A stretch of 64,000 nucleotides of DNA, from positions 1 to 64,000 of IMG/VR virus record IMGVR_UViG_3300048913_000256; one strand, 5' to 3'. How positions within the stretch are numbered: the first letter of the stretch is position 1; every line of letters starts with the position of its first letter. This document shows, in pieces, positions 1 through 8,455 of the stretch. The stretch comes from a virus. The notes under the pieces are model-generated. The model did not search any database. It saw only the letters and a list, made by a program, of their open reading frames with translations, and was not told the DNA's origin. Position numbers and translations under genes: made by a program.

Positions 1-211
1 AAGCAGTAGGGATGTGTTTATCAACCCAAGCGCGAGATTCCGCATCAAGGCGGTCGAGGATCGCGAGGATCTCAGCGAGGAGGACGCGCTGTTTTTTCGT
101 GGACAGCGCATATCGCGAACCCGCTTCGAGCTTGGCGACGATAAGATCGGCGGCGTGGCGGTACTGGGCGACAAGTGACTCGATTTCCTTGTCGAAGTCA
201 AGTTCGCCCAT
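1..211 (-). CDS. Partial CDS (first ~70 codons, continues off the left edge) just downstream of portal. Possibly a head-morphogenesis or minor capsid protein.
   Basis: ATG at 209-211 overlaps the portal stop (TAATG). Reads MGELDFDKEIESLVAQYRHAADLIVAKLEAG... Function is guessed from position only. Confidence 0.45.
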   Translation of the reverse strand, partial: MGELDFDKEIESLVAQYRHAADLIVAKLEAGSRYALSTKKQRVLLAEILAILDRLDAESRAWVDKHIPTA

Positions 212-1752
212 TACGCTACCTCGCCATTGAATGCGCTACTGGCGGCCTGACTCGTGACAATCGCGGCGTCTCGCTGCTCGTCGTCTTGGATGCGGTCGAG
301 GATTTCCTGTGCTTGCATGTCGTCGAGGTCGTCGAGATGTTTGATCGCGGTCATCTGGTCCAGCGTCGGCTTGTTGCCGGTACGGATCTGCGCGATCTCC
401 GCCTCTTCGCGTTCGTTGCGCGGAATACCGTCTTTCCAGCGGATCTTCGGATACGGGACCTCGTACGGAACGAACCCTTCGACGCGCTCGTTTTGCGAGT
501 TGTCGAGAAGCATCGCCGTGTAGAGCGCGTCGCGTAGCGCAACATCGACGCTCTGACGAATCCGCTTGACTTTCGAGAGAATTGGGAAGAATCGTGCCTT
601 GATTGCGCCGCCATCGGTGTGCGACGTGCCCGTACCGCCCTCGTTGCCTTGCGCGATCGTCGTACCGAACACCCATTGTGGCGTTTCTGATTCTAAGAAC
701 ACGTAGGAGACGAGTTTGTCGAGCTGCCTAAAGGCTGCGTCCAGTTGGCCGTCCCACGTCATGTAGCCCGGCGTGACGTCAGCCTTATCAACCTCGATGT
801 ACTCGCCGCTCAATCGGACAGTCGTGTTGCCATCGTCCTGCAGCGGTGGTCCGTAGGTTGTGGGGTCGCTGTGTTTCAGCAAAATGTAGTCGATCTGAAC
901 CAAGCGGTCGTTAATCGCCGCCAGCAGGGATTCCATCTTCTCAATGCCGCTCACACCCCAAAACCGCTCGTCGTCAGTCTTGTACGGGATGTGGTGCATG
1001 AGTAGGCGGCTCGTTCCGGTCGGCGTGATTACGGACTCGCCGATCTGTCTTCCAATCGTGTACGTGTTGATGTGAACGCCGTCGCACTCGTCGTAAGTGC
1101 CACCGTCAAGCATGAACTTCTCGCGGATCACGTAGCCGGGGATGTGGCGCTCGACGTCGAGGTAAACGTACTCCTCGCGACCGTGAGCGTCCGTCACAGC
1201 GACTTCGTATGCAATATTGACCGCCTTCAGTCGTTTACGAGAGCCGTCCGCGAACTCAGGGAACACGTTTTCGGCGATGACCGATGTAATCATGGGTTCT
1301 AGTGGCGCATCGTTCGGCGGCTCCAGCCCGTCGTAGTCGGCGAGCGCAGACATGTCGTGGCGCGTTCCGAACCACGTCTTCAGCCACGCGTCGCCACGAT
1401 ATCCTGCGCCGATGACCAATTCATGCCCACGCCTGTTCAGGTCATTCTCTTCCACAATCGACGAGAGTCGCTTTTGAACGACCGAGTCGTCAGGCATGCC
1501 GCTCTCGTACACCGGCGGTTCCCCAAACATCAAATCGGCAGGCTTCGTAATCAAAACGTCGGCGAGGTTGACCGCAATGTAGAGTTGGCGAAGGTACTTC
1601 GCATGCGGCGTGTTTTTCAGGATGTCGGCAGCGCGCTCATAAATCTCCGCCTGACGCCCGTCGTAAATGATGCGACCGCGACGGTACTTGGCGATGCGCT
1701 CGATATCTTCGGGTGGCGGGTATGGCGCGCCGGTGCGAAACAGTTTCGTAAT
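211..1752 (-). CDS. Phage portal protein (start extended to ATT)
   Basis: The ORF-track 447-aa product (TTG at 1554) continues in frame 66 codons upstream with no ATG/GTG/TTG. AAAGGAGG + 8 nt + ATT sits at 1750-1752. The added N-terminus ITKLFRTGAPYPPPEDIERIAKYRRGRIIYDGRQAEIY looks portal-like, and the gene directly follows terL. Confidence 0.75.
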   Translation of the reverse strand: MTKLFRTGAPYPPPEDIERIAKYRRGRIIYDGRQAEIYERAADILKNTPHAKYLRQLYIAVNLADVLITKPADLMFGEPPVYESGMPDDSVVQKRLSSIVEENDLNRRGHELVIGAGYRGDAWLKTWFGTRHDMSALADYDGLEPPNDAPLEPMITSVIAENVFPEFADGSRKRLKAVNIAYEVAVTDAHGREEYVYLDVERHIPGYVIREKFMLDGGTYDECDGVHINTYTIGRQIGESVITPTGTSRLLMHHIPYKTDDERFWGVSGIEKMESLLAAINDRLVQIDYILLKHSDPTTYGPPLQDDGNTTVRLSGEYIEVDKADVTPGYMTWDGQLDAAFRQLDKLVSYVFLESETPQWVFGTTIAQGNEGGTGTSHTDGGAIKARFFPILSKVKRIRQSVDVALRDALYTAMLLDNSQNERVEGFVPYEVPYPKIRWKDGIPRNEREEAEIAQIRTGNKPTLDQMTAIKHLDDLDDMQAQEILDRIQDDEQRDAAIVTSQAASSAFNGEVA

Positions 1753-1779
1753 GGTGTCGTCCTCCTTTCGTTTACGGCG

Positions 1780-3513
1780 TTACAGGTACGAAGGCTTCTC
1801 GCGTACCCTGCGCGGCGGCTTCGATGCCACATCGACCGCGTATGCGAGTGCGTCCGGTCCGTCGTCGTGGTTATGCGACGGGTACTGCACGAACATTTCG
1901 AGGAGCAGGCGGTGATCGCGGCGGAACTGAAGCGTTCCGTTCTGCGTCAACGGCTCCAACGACTCGATGCGCTCCTCTTTCTTGCGCTTGGTGGCGATCT
2001 CGACGAGACGTGTGCGGTAGAGTCGCTCCTGCCGCAGCGCATCCTTGAGCTGGCGAGCCAAGTCGATTTGCCCGCCGACTGTCTCGACGACGAACGACCG
2101 GTGATCAAACTCCGCGATCTTGTCGACCGCGACCTTGAGCGCTTCGTGGGCGGGACACTTCGCCATCCACACGTCCCAAACATAAAGTACGCCCGTTTTT
2201 CGATGACGGGCGATGGTTACGATTGCGTTGTAGTCGGACCGGTTCGATTTCCCGAACGCGATGTCCCACGCGCCGTAGAAGTCGCACTCGTGTGTGTCGA
2301 GTTCGGCCGGGGCGAAGTAGAAGAACTGTTCGGGGCGGAAGACGGCGGACTCTTCGTCGATCGGGTTGTTCTGATACTCGGTCGAGAACGCCTTGGAACC
2401 GTTGTCCCATTTCCAGACCATCAGCGCCCATAGCGGCTGAACGTCGGGCCACAAGACGACAGCGCCTCGATCCATTTCGTCCTTGTTGTCCGCGTAGAAC
2501 GAGAGTGCTTCATCGGCGCGGTTTGGGTTCTCGCGATCTTGATATATCGTCTGACATCGCTGCCAGAGATCCATGCGGTCGGGTTCATCGATGAGCGCTC
2601 GGAAGAGACGTGACTTGAAGTCGGAGCGTTGCGTCATGATGTGCCGTAGAAGCGAGTCCTGATGAACCATCGTTCCCATAACGACAAAGGCTGTTTTCTT
2701 GCCGGAAGGATCGCCGAGCGGCATGACGACCTGCGTAAACCAGTCACGAAGTTCTTTTCGGAGCTCTGGCGTGTTTGTGTTCTTCTTGCCTTCGAGGTCA
2801 TCGCAAATAACGAGATCCGGCCGAACGCCGTTCCAGTTTCGACCACGCAATGCTTGGTTCGAGGAAGATGCCTCGACCTTCGTAAGCAACCGCTGTCCGC
2901 CGTCACCTGTCGGCTCCCATGCGATGAACTCCGACGAGTTGTCCTTCGGATTCATCTGCTGCTTGATGTGCAAGAGCGGTCCGAAATCGCGCCGGAACTT
3001 CTCGTTCGAGCGCAACTGCGTCGCGAGCCAATCGAGGTTCCCGACCGCAACCGTTGGCGTCTCTGAAATCACGATAATGTACTTGCGCTTCCGGTACGCA
3101 ATCTCGCGCGCCGGCGACGATTTCGACAGGAACGATGACTTTGCGTGTGATCGAGGCGCGGCCCATGCGATCTTGGCGTTGCGATTGACCATCGAGACGT
3201 CGTCCATGAGTCCGCAGAGCTGGCGATGGAAATCCGGTGCCATCGCGATCTCGACCGGAATCCAGTTACCGGAGTTGTCGGGGTTGTAGATCTCGCCGAA
3301 GTACTCGTATGAGAAGTACAGTAGATCGATCTCTGCGCGATGAATGCGCTCCAGTCGCGTCAACTCGTCGTCATACCCGATGCACTCTCGCAACTCATCG
3401 TCAGTCAGCGTCGGCTTCGCTGCGAGCGTGTCACGGAGTTCGCGATACAAGTCGATGAGTTGTTGTCGTTCTTCTCGCGGCGCGAACCGCTTTTCTGTTT
3501 CGATCCAAGCGAT
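1780..3513 (-). CDS. terL: Terminase large subunit
   Basis: Motifs: Walker-A-like AAPRSHAKSS, VICDDLEG, nuclease-domain AWDIAFGKSNRSDYNAIV and HNHDDGPDALAYA. The ORF-track N-terminus (up to 3678) is a tRNA read as protein. The best start is AGAGGAGG + 9 nt + ATC at 3511-3513; the start is uncertain. Confidence 0.85.
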   Translation of the reverse strand: MAWIETEKRFAPREERQQLIDLYRELRDTLAAKPTLTDDELRECIGYDDELTRLERIHRAEIDLLYFSYEYFGEIYNPDNSGNWIPVEIAMAPDFHRQLCGLMDDVSMVNRNAKIAWAAPRSHAKSSFLSKSSPAREIAYRKRKYIIVISETPTVAVGNLDWLATQLRSNEKFRRDFGPLLHIKQQMNPKDNSSEFIAWEPTGDGGQRLLTKVEASSSNQALRGRNWNGVRPDLVICDDLEGKKNTNTPELRKELRDWFTQVVMPLGDPSGKKTAFVVMGTMVHQDSLLRHIMTQRSDFKSRLFRALIDEPDRMDLWQRCQTIYQDRENPNRADEALSFYADNKDEMDRGAVVLWPDVQPLWALMVWKWDNGSKAFSTEYQNNPIDEESAVFRPEQFFYFAPAELDTHECDFYGAWDIAFGKSNRSDYNAIVTIARHRKTGVLYVWDVWMAKCPAHEALKVAVDKIAEFDHRSFVVETVGGQIDLARQLKDALRQERLYRTRLVEIATKRKKEERIESLEPLTQNGTLQFRRDHRLLLEMFVQYPSHNHDDGPDALAYAVDVASKPPRRVREKPSYL

Positions 3514-3522
3514 GGGCCGACG

Positions 3523-3575
3523 CCTCCTCTCGTGTGAAATAGAAAAAGCGCCCTGACCGCGATGGTCGAGCGCTT
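3523..3575 (-). terminator. Hairpin + U-tract + SD module between tRNA-Gly and terL
   Basis: Sense strand reads AAGCGCTCGACCATCGCGGTCAGGGCGCTTTTTCTATTTC...GAGGAGG. A close paralog of this module sits at 57551-57593. Confidence 0.55.
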
Positions 3576-3586
3576 GATTTGCGTTG

Positions 3587-3660
3587 TGGAGTCGGTAGTC
3601 GGAATCGAACCGACGTGTCGCGCTTGGAAGGCGCGTGCTCAACCACTGAGCGATACCGAC
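3587..3660 (-). tRNA. tRNA-Gly (anticodon UCC) with encoded CCA
   Basis: Cloverleaf read by eye: acceptor GTCGGTA/TACCGAC, D stem GCTC/GAGC, anticodon stem CGCGC/GCGCG with loop CTTCCAA, T arm GTCGG-TTCGATT-CCGAC, discriminator T, then CCA. Confidence 0.9.
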
Positions 3661-3672
3661 ACGATTACTTCT

Positions 3673-3731
3673 CCTCACTTATATAGGGGCTGAAAACGCC
3701 ATTTCGGGTAGTCGAAGACGAAATTTCATCG
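3673..3731 (-). promoter_or_regulatory. Late-operon element, copy 1 (candidate activator site plus promoter)
   Basis: The core GCTGAAAACGSCATTTCGGGTAGTC matches 7298-7322 at 24/25 nt. The sense strand carries the inverted repeat ATTTCG-N13-CGAAAT, then TATAAG about 18 nt before the tRNA 5' end. Confidence 0.55.
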
Positions 3732-3801
3732 AAAAAGTTGACGAAATCCTATCAGTGTGACAAAATGAGAGTAACGACACATTGATACGGAGGTTTCCGC
3801 C

Positions 3802-4410
3802 ATGAAAGAAGCCCAACCACTACGCGACGAACGCCATATCGACGCCTTGATCGAGTCCTTGACCGGTCGCGACCTACTCCTGTTCCTCGTCGGCATCCGT
3901 TCTGCCTACCGCGTGAGCGACATTGTTCCGCTTAAACTCGGCACCCTGCGCCATGACTCGCACTATTACGTCATCGAGACGAAGACCGGCAAGACGCGCA
4001 TGATTAAAATCGACGACGACGTCCGTGCGCTTGCTCGCGAGATGCCCGGCGACGACGGCGAATATGCGTTCAAGTCGCGTGAGGGCGAGAACCAACCGAT
4101 CACCCGCCAACAAGTCGACCGCATCCTGAAGGCGGCGCAACAACGGGCGAACGCGCTGTTGAAGTCACGCAAGCAGCCGATTATCGAGCGGCCGATCTCG
4201 GCGCATACGATGCGAAAGACATTCGGATATCACTACTACACGGAGACGCTCGATGTGGCAACGCTGATCCGCGTCTACAACCACTCGTCCTCTGCGATGA
4301 CTCTCGCGTATATCGGGATCACGCAAGACACGATCGACGACGCGGTTGACGTCGTGAGCAAGTTGGGGAAGCGCGCGTTGGCGAAGAGAGGCGTACGGAA
4401 GGCGAAGTGA
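3802..4410 (+). CDS. Tyrosine recombinase, catalytic domain only (202 aa)
   Basis: Catalytic residues: R in GIRSAYRVSD, K in ETKTGKTR, HxxR in AHTMRKTF, H in NHSSS, Y in TLAYIG. GGAGG SD lies 8 nt before the ATG. Confidence 0.85.
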   Translation: MKEAQPLRDERHIDALIESLTGRDLLLFLVGIRSAYRVSDIVPLKLGTLRHDSHYYVIETKTGKTRMIKIDDDVRALAREMPGDDGEYAFKSREGENQPITRQQVDRILKAAQQRANALLKSRKQPIIERPISAHTMRKTFGYHYYTETLDVATLIRVYNHSSSAMTLAYIGITQDTIDDAVDVVSKLGKRALAKRGVRKAK

Positions 4411-4432
4411 ATACGGGGAATTACGTGGGCGG

Positions 4433-4463
4433 CCGCTCTCTTGCGAAGGAGGGCGGTTTATTT
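4433..4463 (+). terminator. Intrinsic terminator after the recombinase gene
   Basis: CCGCTCTC-ttgcgaag-GAGGGCGG followed by TTTATTT. Confidence 0.6.
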
Positions 4464-4934
4464 GCGTGGGCGGGCGTGGTAGAATCGAGGGGCCAAAGTA
4501 AAATTTGATGCGCGGATTTTTCGGGGGCTAGATGCGGGGTCCAGCGAGGGGTACCTTGGGGGTCGAACGTGGCGATTGTATACGCATGCAGTCAACATGC
4601 ATATTGAATGTGACAAAAACAGTTTGTGTAACACTCGAAGTATCGCACAAACCCAGTAATACCAAGGCTTTCAGACGCGTTAGGTGTGCGAGTAATTGTG
4701 GTGATCTTTATGCATACGGCAGAATGCGGGCTGACGGGCTCTCAGCGCGGGAAATATGTGCATAAAATCCTGCATACGACGTCCTTCCTAAAACAACTGT
4801 TTAACGATAGAAATACGAACGCTTGTTCCTTTTTTGAAAGTTTTCGAGGCGGCACCCGCCTGAGCGCCGCACCCGATGTAAATCGCCTCCTCTGCGAAAT
4901 CACGCGATCATATCGTACCAACCGCTACTACTAA

Positions 4935-5330
4935 CTACGCCGTCTCAGCGTCGCTTGCAGATTGGTTACGTTTCATCTCCGCAAGTCTCGCCTTCAGCGC
5001 ATCCACATCGCCCGAGCCATCGGTAACGGTCGTGTTCATCTCGACTTTCTCCGTCAACATGCCGTTTGCTTGCAGGATGAGCTTCGCCGCAGCCGCATTC
5101 CCGCCGATACCGTGATCGATTAACGCTTCCATCAACTCGGGCAAGCGTGCCTGCGTATTCCGCGTAATCTCACGCTTCAACTCGGTTTGGAACGTCTCGT
5201 TGCGCTTCCAATCGTAGATAGTGCGCTCGCCCACGCCTACCTTCTTCGCGATCTCGGCGATCGTAGGCCGCTGTTCCTTCGGCAATGCGAGCAACGCAAT
5301 CGCCTCGTACTGTTCCGTTCTCAACGCCAT
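4935..5330 (-). CDS. terS: Terminase small subunit (HTH type)
   Basis: ATG at 5330 follows AAAGGAGGTGA; the track GTG at 5342 lies inside that SD. N-terminal HTH is PTIAEIAKKVGVGERTIYDWKR. Size and position upstream of terL fit. Confidence 0.7.
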   Translation of the reverse strand: MALRTEQYEAIALLALPKEQRPTIAEIAKKVGVGERTIYDWKRNETFQTELKREITRNTQARLPELMEALIDHGIGGNAAAAKLILQANGMLTEKVEMNTTVTDGSGDVDALKARLAEMKRNQSASDAETA

Positions 5331-5498
5331 TCTTCGTATCACCTCCTTTCACACGATAGTTTCAATCATCGCCTCTATACGCCCTCACACGCCACGATAT
5401 CGCCCACTCGGATACCATCGCACCGGATGCGTATATAAACGCCACCACACGCCTCCTAGACGCCACATAGCGACATATACGAACGAGTGTGCGTGTGC

Positions 5499-5555
5499 TT
5501 AGCGCAGTCCGCGGTCGATATATCGGATGATCTCGAAAACAACCGGTTCACACAT
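5499..5555 (-). CDS. 18-codon mini-ORF (MCEPVVFEIIRYIDRGLR) with a strong SD
   Basis: GAGGAGGTGA + 5 nt + ATG. Too short for the ORF track. It could be a leader peptide or chance. Confidence 0.25.
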   Translation of the reverse strand: MCEPVVFEIIRYIDRGLR

Positions 5556-5575
5556 TCTTGTCACCTCCTCGCGTA

Positions 5576-5836
5576 TTAGCGCCCTATCACGACGTCGACC
5601 ACTGTCTTCCCGACCCTGAACGAATCCCATCCGATGGTTTCGAGATCACGAATGAGTTCGGGCCTATTGCGCCTGATCTCGCTGTAGGACGAGAAAACGC
5701 CCGCATCAACGAGTGCTCGCGGTAAGAATCGCTCATCAGTGCGCAATGTCACCGATGCTTGGTCGAGTCCTAACGACACCAGCGAACATATCGGCTCACC
5801 TACTACGATGACAACGTGCCGGTTGTATTGCGACAT
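5576..5836 (-). CDS. Hypothetical protein (86 aa)
   Basis: ATG at 5836 is preceded by GCGAGGTGA. No recognisable motif. Confidence 0.5.
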   Translation of the reverse strand: MSQYNRHVVIVVGEPICSLVSLGLDQASVTLRTDERFLPRALVDAGVFSSYSEIRRNRPELIRDLETIGWDSFRVGKTVVDVVIGR

Positions 5837-6024
5837 ACTACGTCTCACCTCGCTTCCCTTGCGTAGTCTCATCGTATCTCTCGCGTGTAGGTGGCGCTTT
5901 GTCCACGACTTCGCTCCGAATATCGAATAGAAAAACGGTATCTGCGATCAATCGTCTCTATCGCCCATACCGTCCCTTATCCGCATATGCAATTCATAGA
6001 GATATCCCTTTGCTCGCTGAGTCT

Positions 6025-6060
6025 TTTATTCTTTATTCTTTTATTCTTAGGTCTTTATTC
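6025..6060. repeat. AT-rich tract with four TTTATTC repeats
   Basis: TTTATTC occurs at 6025, 6032, 6040 and 6054, directly abutting the iterons. Confidence 0.8.
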
Positions 6061-6063
6061 TTT

Positions 6064-6191
6064 GTTACGGTCAAAGTAGGGCGTAACGGTTACGGTGTGA
6101 AAGGGCGTAACAGAAACGCTCGTTACGGTGTAGAAGGGCGTAACATCTGCTCGTGATCACGCTAATGCGTTACGGTTAAATAGGGCGTAAC
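6064..6191. repeat. Four 23-24 bp iterons with palindromic ends (GTTACGGTKW..WAGGGCGTAAC)
   Basis: Units at 6064-6087, 6089-6111, 6122-6144 and 6169-6191. Each is GTTACG-N11/12-CGTAAC. Confidence 0.85.
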
Positions 6192-6195
6192 ATAC

Positions 6196-6735
6196 CTACA
6201 ACTTGCCGTTCATTTTGCGCCACAGGTACGACCCTTCTACGATATCCTGCACTCCAGCCGCCTCCTCCGCCCCATCTCCGCCAGCCTTCGCCCGATGTCG
6301 TTTCATCCGCTCCCGGCTCGCCTTATTTTCGCGCTGCGCCTTTTCGATCGACGCCGCTTTGAACTCGCCAATCTGCGACCACTTCGCGTGAAACTCAGCG
6401 GCGGGTAACGGCTCTCTAACGTGAAAAATGCACTTCTTCAAGCCATCCTCAATCAGCGTTATCTTATCTATCTCAACGAGTCCGACCGCCACCAGCCGCT
6501 TGATCCGTGACTCAGCGGTTCCTTTCGCCATCCCCGCATGTGCCGCCAATTCTACGTAAGCCAAGCGCACGGTTCCGTGTCGGTCGCTGCTGGCGTTGTT
6601 GTAGCGCAGTCGACGCATGATCGCATAGAAGCCGAGATCCGCGAAATCGAAATTCGGCAGGTGTAGGTATAAGTCGATCGCCTCGTTGTACAGTTTCGTA
6701 AATCCACGTTTTTTCCTCGATTTCTCTTCGTCCAT
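6196..6735 (-). CDS. Winged-helix DNA-binding protein (replisome-organizer/Rep-like N-terminus)
   Basis: The segment GTVRLAYVELAAHAGMAKGTAESRIKRLVAVGLVEIDK resembles the wHTH of 37909-38769. ATG at 6735 follows GAGGGG; an alternative TTG lies at 6792. Confidence 0.5.
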   Translation of the reverse strand: MDEEKSRKKRGFTKLYNEAIDLYLHLPNFDFADLGFYAIMRRLRYNNASSDRHGTVRLAYVELAAHAGMAKGTAESRIKRLVAVGLVEIDKITLIEDGLKKCIFHVREPLPAAEFHAKWSQIGEFKAASIEKAQRENKASRERMKRHRAKAGGDGAEEAAGVQDIVEGSYLWRKMNGKL

Positions 6736-6916
6736 GAGCGTTACCCCTCGATCAGATTCCCGTTCCTCGTTGATAAAAGTGCAGGCGGTCAAAGTCGTGA
6801 GGGTAACGGGTGTATACGACTTGTTCGCTTGGCCGAGCTAGACCGCCTGTGTTGAGAACGCCAGAAGACGCCTCAGCGATGAAGGCGACAGGTTCGTCAC
6901 CTCGCACGCTCAAACG

Positions 6917-7222
6917 TCATCCTCGAAAGTGTACAGCCTCTTCGATTAATTCCTCGGCTGAGATACCGCCCTCTTCGAATCTACGGATATGATCAAAAAG
7001 CCAGTCTCTCGAGAACTTTTCACCGTCGATCAATACCCCCTCGCAGGGTACTCCGAGGACATCAAAGACGGCATCCCACATCTCACACTCGTCTTTCTCG
7101 AACACTGCGAATAGTCCACCATCAATCCTCAAGAGAGCGGCTAAACGGTCCTGAAAGTCCCGTGCCTGCCGCATAGTCTCTGCAAAATGGATCGCTAGTT
7201 GTTTTTCGCCCGTAGTTGCCAT
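6917..7222 (-). CDS. Hypothetical protein (101 aa)
   Basis: Clean ORF and the first gene after late-element copy 2. Confidence 0.55.
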   Translation of the reverse strand: MATTGEKQLAIHFAETMRQARDFQDRLAALLRIDGGLFAVFEKDECEMWDAVFDVLGVPCEGVLIDGEKFSRDWLFDHIRRFEEGGISAEELIEEAVHFRG

Positions 7223-7281
7223 AGTAAAATCGCTCCCTTTTATTCGAACAGAAAGCGCCGCTCACTCGGAACGACGCCTGC

Positions 7282-7341
7282 CCTCATTTACTTACTAGCT
7301 GAAAACGGCATTTCGGGTAGTCTGTCACGAAATTTTCTTCG
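7282..7341 (-). promoter_or_regulatory. Late-operon element, copy 2
   Basis: Aligns without gaps to 3673-3731 apart from one indel. It overlaps the stop of the regulator gene and precedes 6917-7222. Confidence 0.55.
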
Positions 7342-8257
7342 TCTTCCCTGCGCCATAGTTCCAGCCGACCTCCAATTGCCACTGGTCGCCAATCCGCCGC
7401 ACATCGCCATCACTCGGCAGCCGGACCTTGAAATCCGATGAAAATTCGAATCCGAACGCATTCCGACGCGACCGCTCGCCATAGAACGTATCCTCATCGC
7501 ACCCCTTCGTTTCGCCCCGCCCCGCACGCTTCTGGCTGCGCTTGGACTTCGCGACTCTCGTTTCAGGCTTCGCGGTGTGCACTGTGTTCTTTTGCTTTCG
7601 CTCCATCACGCTCTCTGGCGGGATCGCGTATCGGAATCGCCCCGCCTCGTCCATCACGAATTGTGACGAGTAGAACGGGTACTCCGCCAACGTCGCCTGC
7701 CGGTAGTCGAGGGTCGCGTTGTAGAACGTGTATCGGTACGCGACCGGTGCGAGATCCACGACATTATCGGCTGGTTGCGGAAGTGAAGCGTTGATTGCCG
7801 CCAACATCGAGACGTCCGGTTCGGACAGAGGATTTATTGCGCCGGTTGCGACAGGGCGCAGAGGTGCGAATGGAACCGCGACGTCGGACGCTTCTGCCTG
7901 CGAGGTCGGGTGCCGGAACACCGCGCGAAGATTGCTCGCGATCCGCATCGCCGCCGAGCGCAGGGACTTCGATAGATTGGACGGATCCACACAAAGGAGG
8001 AGCGCCGCCTCTTGTACTTTGAGTCCGACAGAGTAGCGCAGGAAGATGGCGCAGCGTTGATGAGCGGTCAGCACGCCGGAGGTACCCGCCACGCGCATGA
8101 CGTCGACTAGGAGGGCGACCGAGTCGTCGGAGGATTCGGACTCATAGCGCACCGTCTCGATGCTGGCGAGGAGATTCGAGATCCCTTCGGTCGTGTATGC
8201 GTAGTCGGTATCATTCTGGAGCGGTTTCTTGCCTAGATCGCGTTTAACGTGTCCCAT
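7325..8257 (-). CDS. Putative late transcriptional activator (RinA/ArpU-like, sigma region-4-type HTH) with a ~190-aa C-terminal extension
   Basis: LTAHQRCAIFLRYSVGLKVQEAALLLCVDPSNLSKSLRSAAMRIASNL looks like a region-4 HTH. The gene sits immediately upstream of the packaging genes. Confidence 0.5.
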   Translation of the reverse strand: MGHVKRDLGKKPLQNDTDYAYTTEGISNLLASIETVRYESESSDDSVALLVDVMRVAGTSGVLTAHQRCAIFLRYSVGLKVQEAALLLCVDPSNLSKSLRSAAMRIASNLRAVFRHPTSQAEASDVAVPFAPLRPVATGAINPLSEPDVSMLAAINASLPQPADNVVDLAPVAYRYTFYNATLDYRQATLAEYPFYSSQFVMDEAGRFRYAIPPESVMERKQKNTVHTAKPETRVAKSKRSQKRAGRGETKGCDEDTFYGERSRRNAFGFEFSSDFKVRLPSDGDVRRIGDQWQLEVGWNYGAGKTKKIS

Positions 8258-8260
8258 CGG

Positions 8261-8455
8261 TTAATTCGCCTCCTTTTCGTGGACTTTCGATCCGCTGATG
8301 ATGGTGCGTACGCAGTCGTTGCAAACGCGCTCATCACGGCCGACACTCGTATGGTCGCGGAGTTTGGTTCGCGTCGCATAGCGGACTGGCACGTCCTCCG
8401 TGCCGCACACGTCGCAGCTTCCGAAATTCTCGTGGTAGTCAGGTCGCTTAAATAT
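8261..8455 (-). CDS. Small zinc-ribbon protein (CxxC...CxxC); start uncertain (ATA?)
   Basis: ...FGSCDVCGTEDVPVRY...ERVCNDCVRT... AGGAGG + 9 nt + ATA at 8453-8455. The next canonical start (GTG) would delete the first Cys. Confidence 0.45.
   Translation of the reverse strand: MFKRPDYHENFGSCDVCGTEDVPVRYATRTKLRDHTSVGRDERVCNDCVRTIISGSKVHEKEAN

Noticed and set aside
3514-3678. N-terminal 55 codons of the 632-aa ORF-track terminase (GTG at 3678)
   Set aside because: This stretch is a complete tRNA-Gly plus a terminator hairpin read as protein. The terminase must start downstream of 3575.
3587-4410. tRNA + integrase as a prophage-host attachment junction
   Set aside because: Both flanks are phage packaging genes (terL/portal on the left, terS on the right). 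The tRNA 5' end, not its 3' end, faces the recombinase gene.
6064-6191. The four repeats as a CRISPR array
   Set aside because: There are only four units, with irregular 1-24 nt gaps, palindromic ends and no cas genes. The region behaves like iterons or protein-binding sites.
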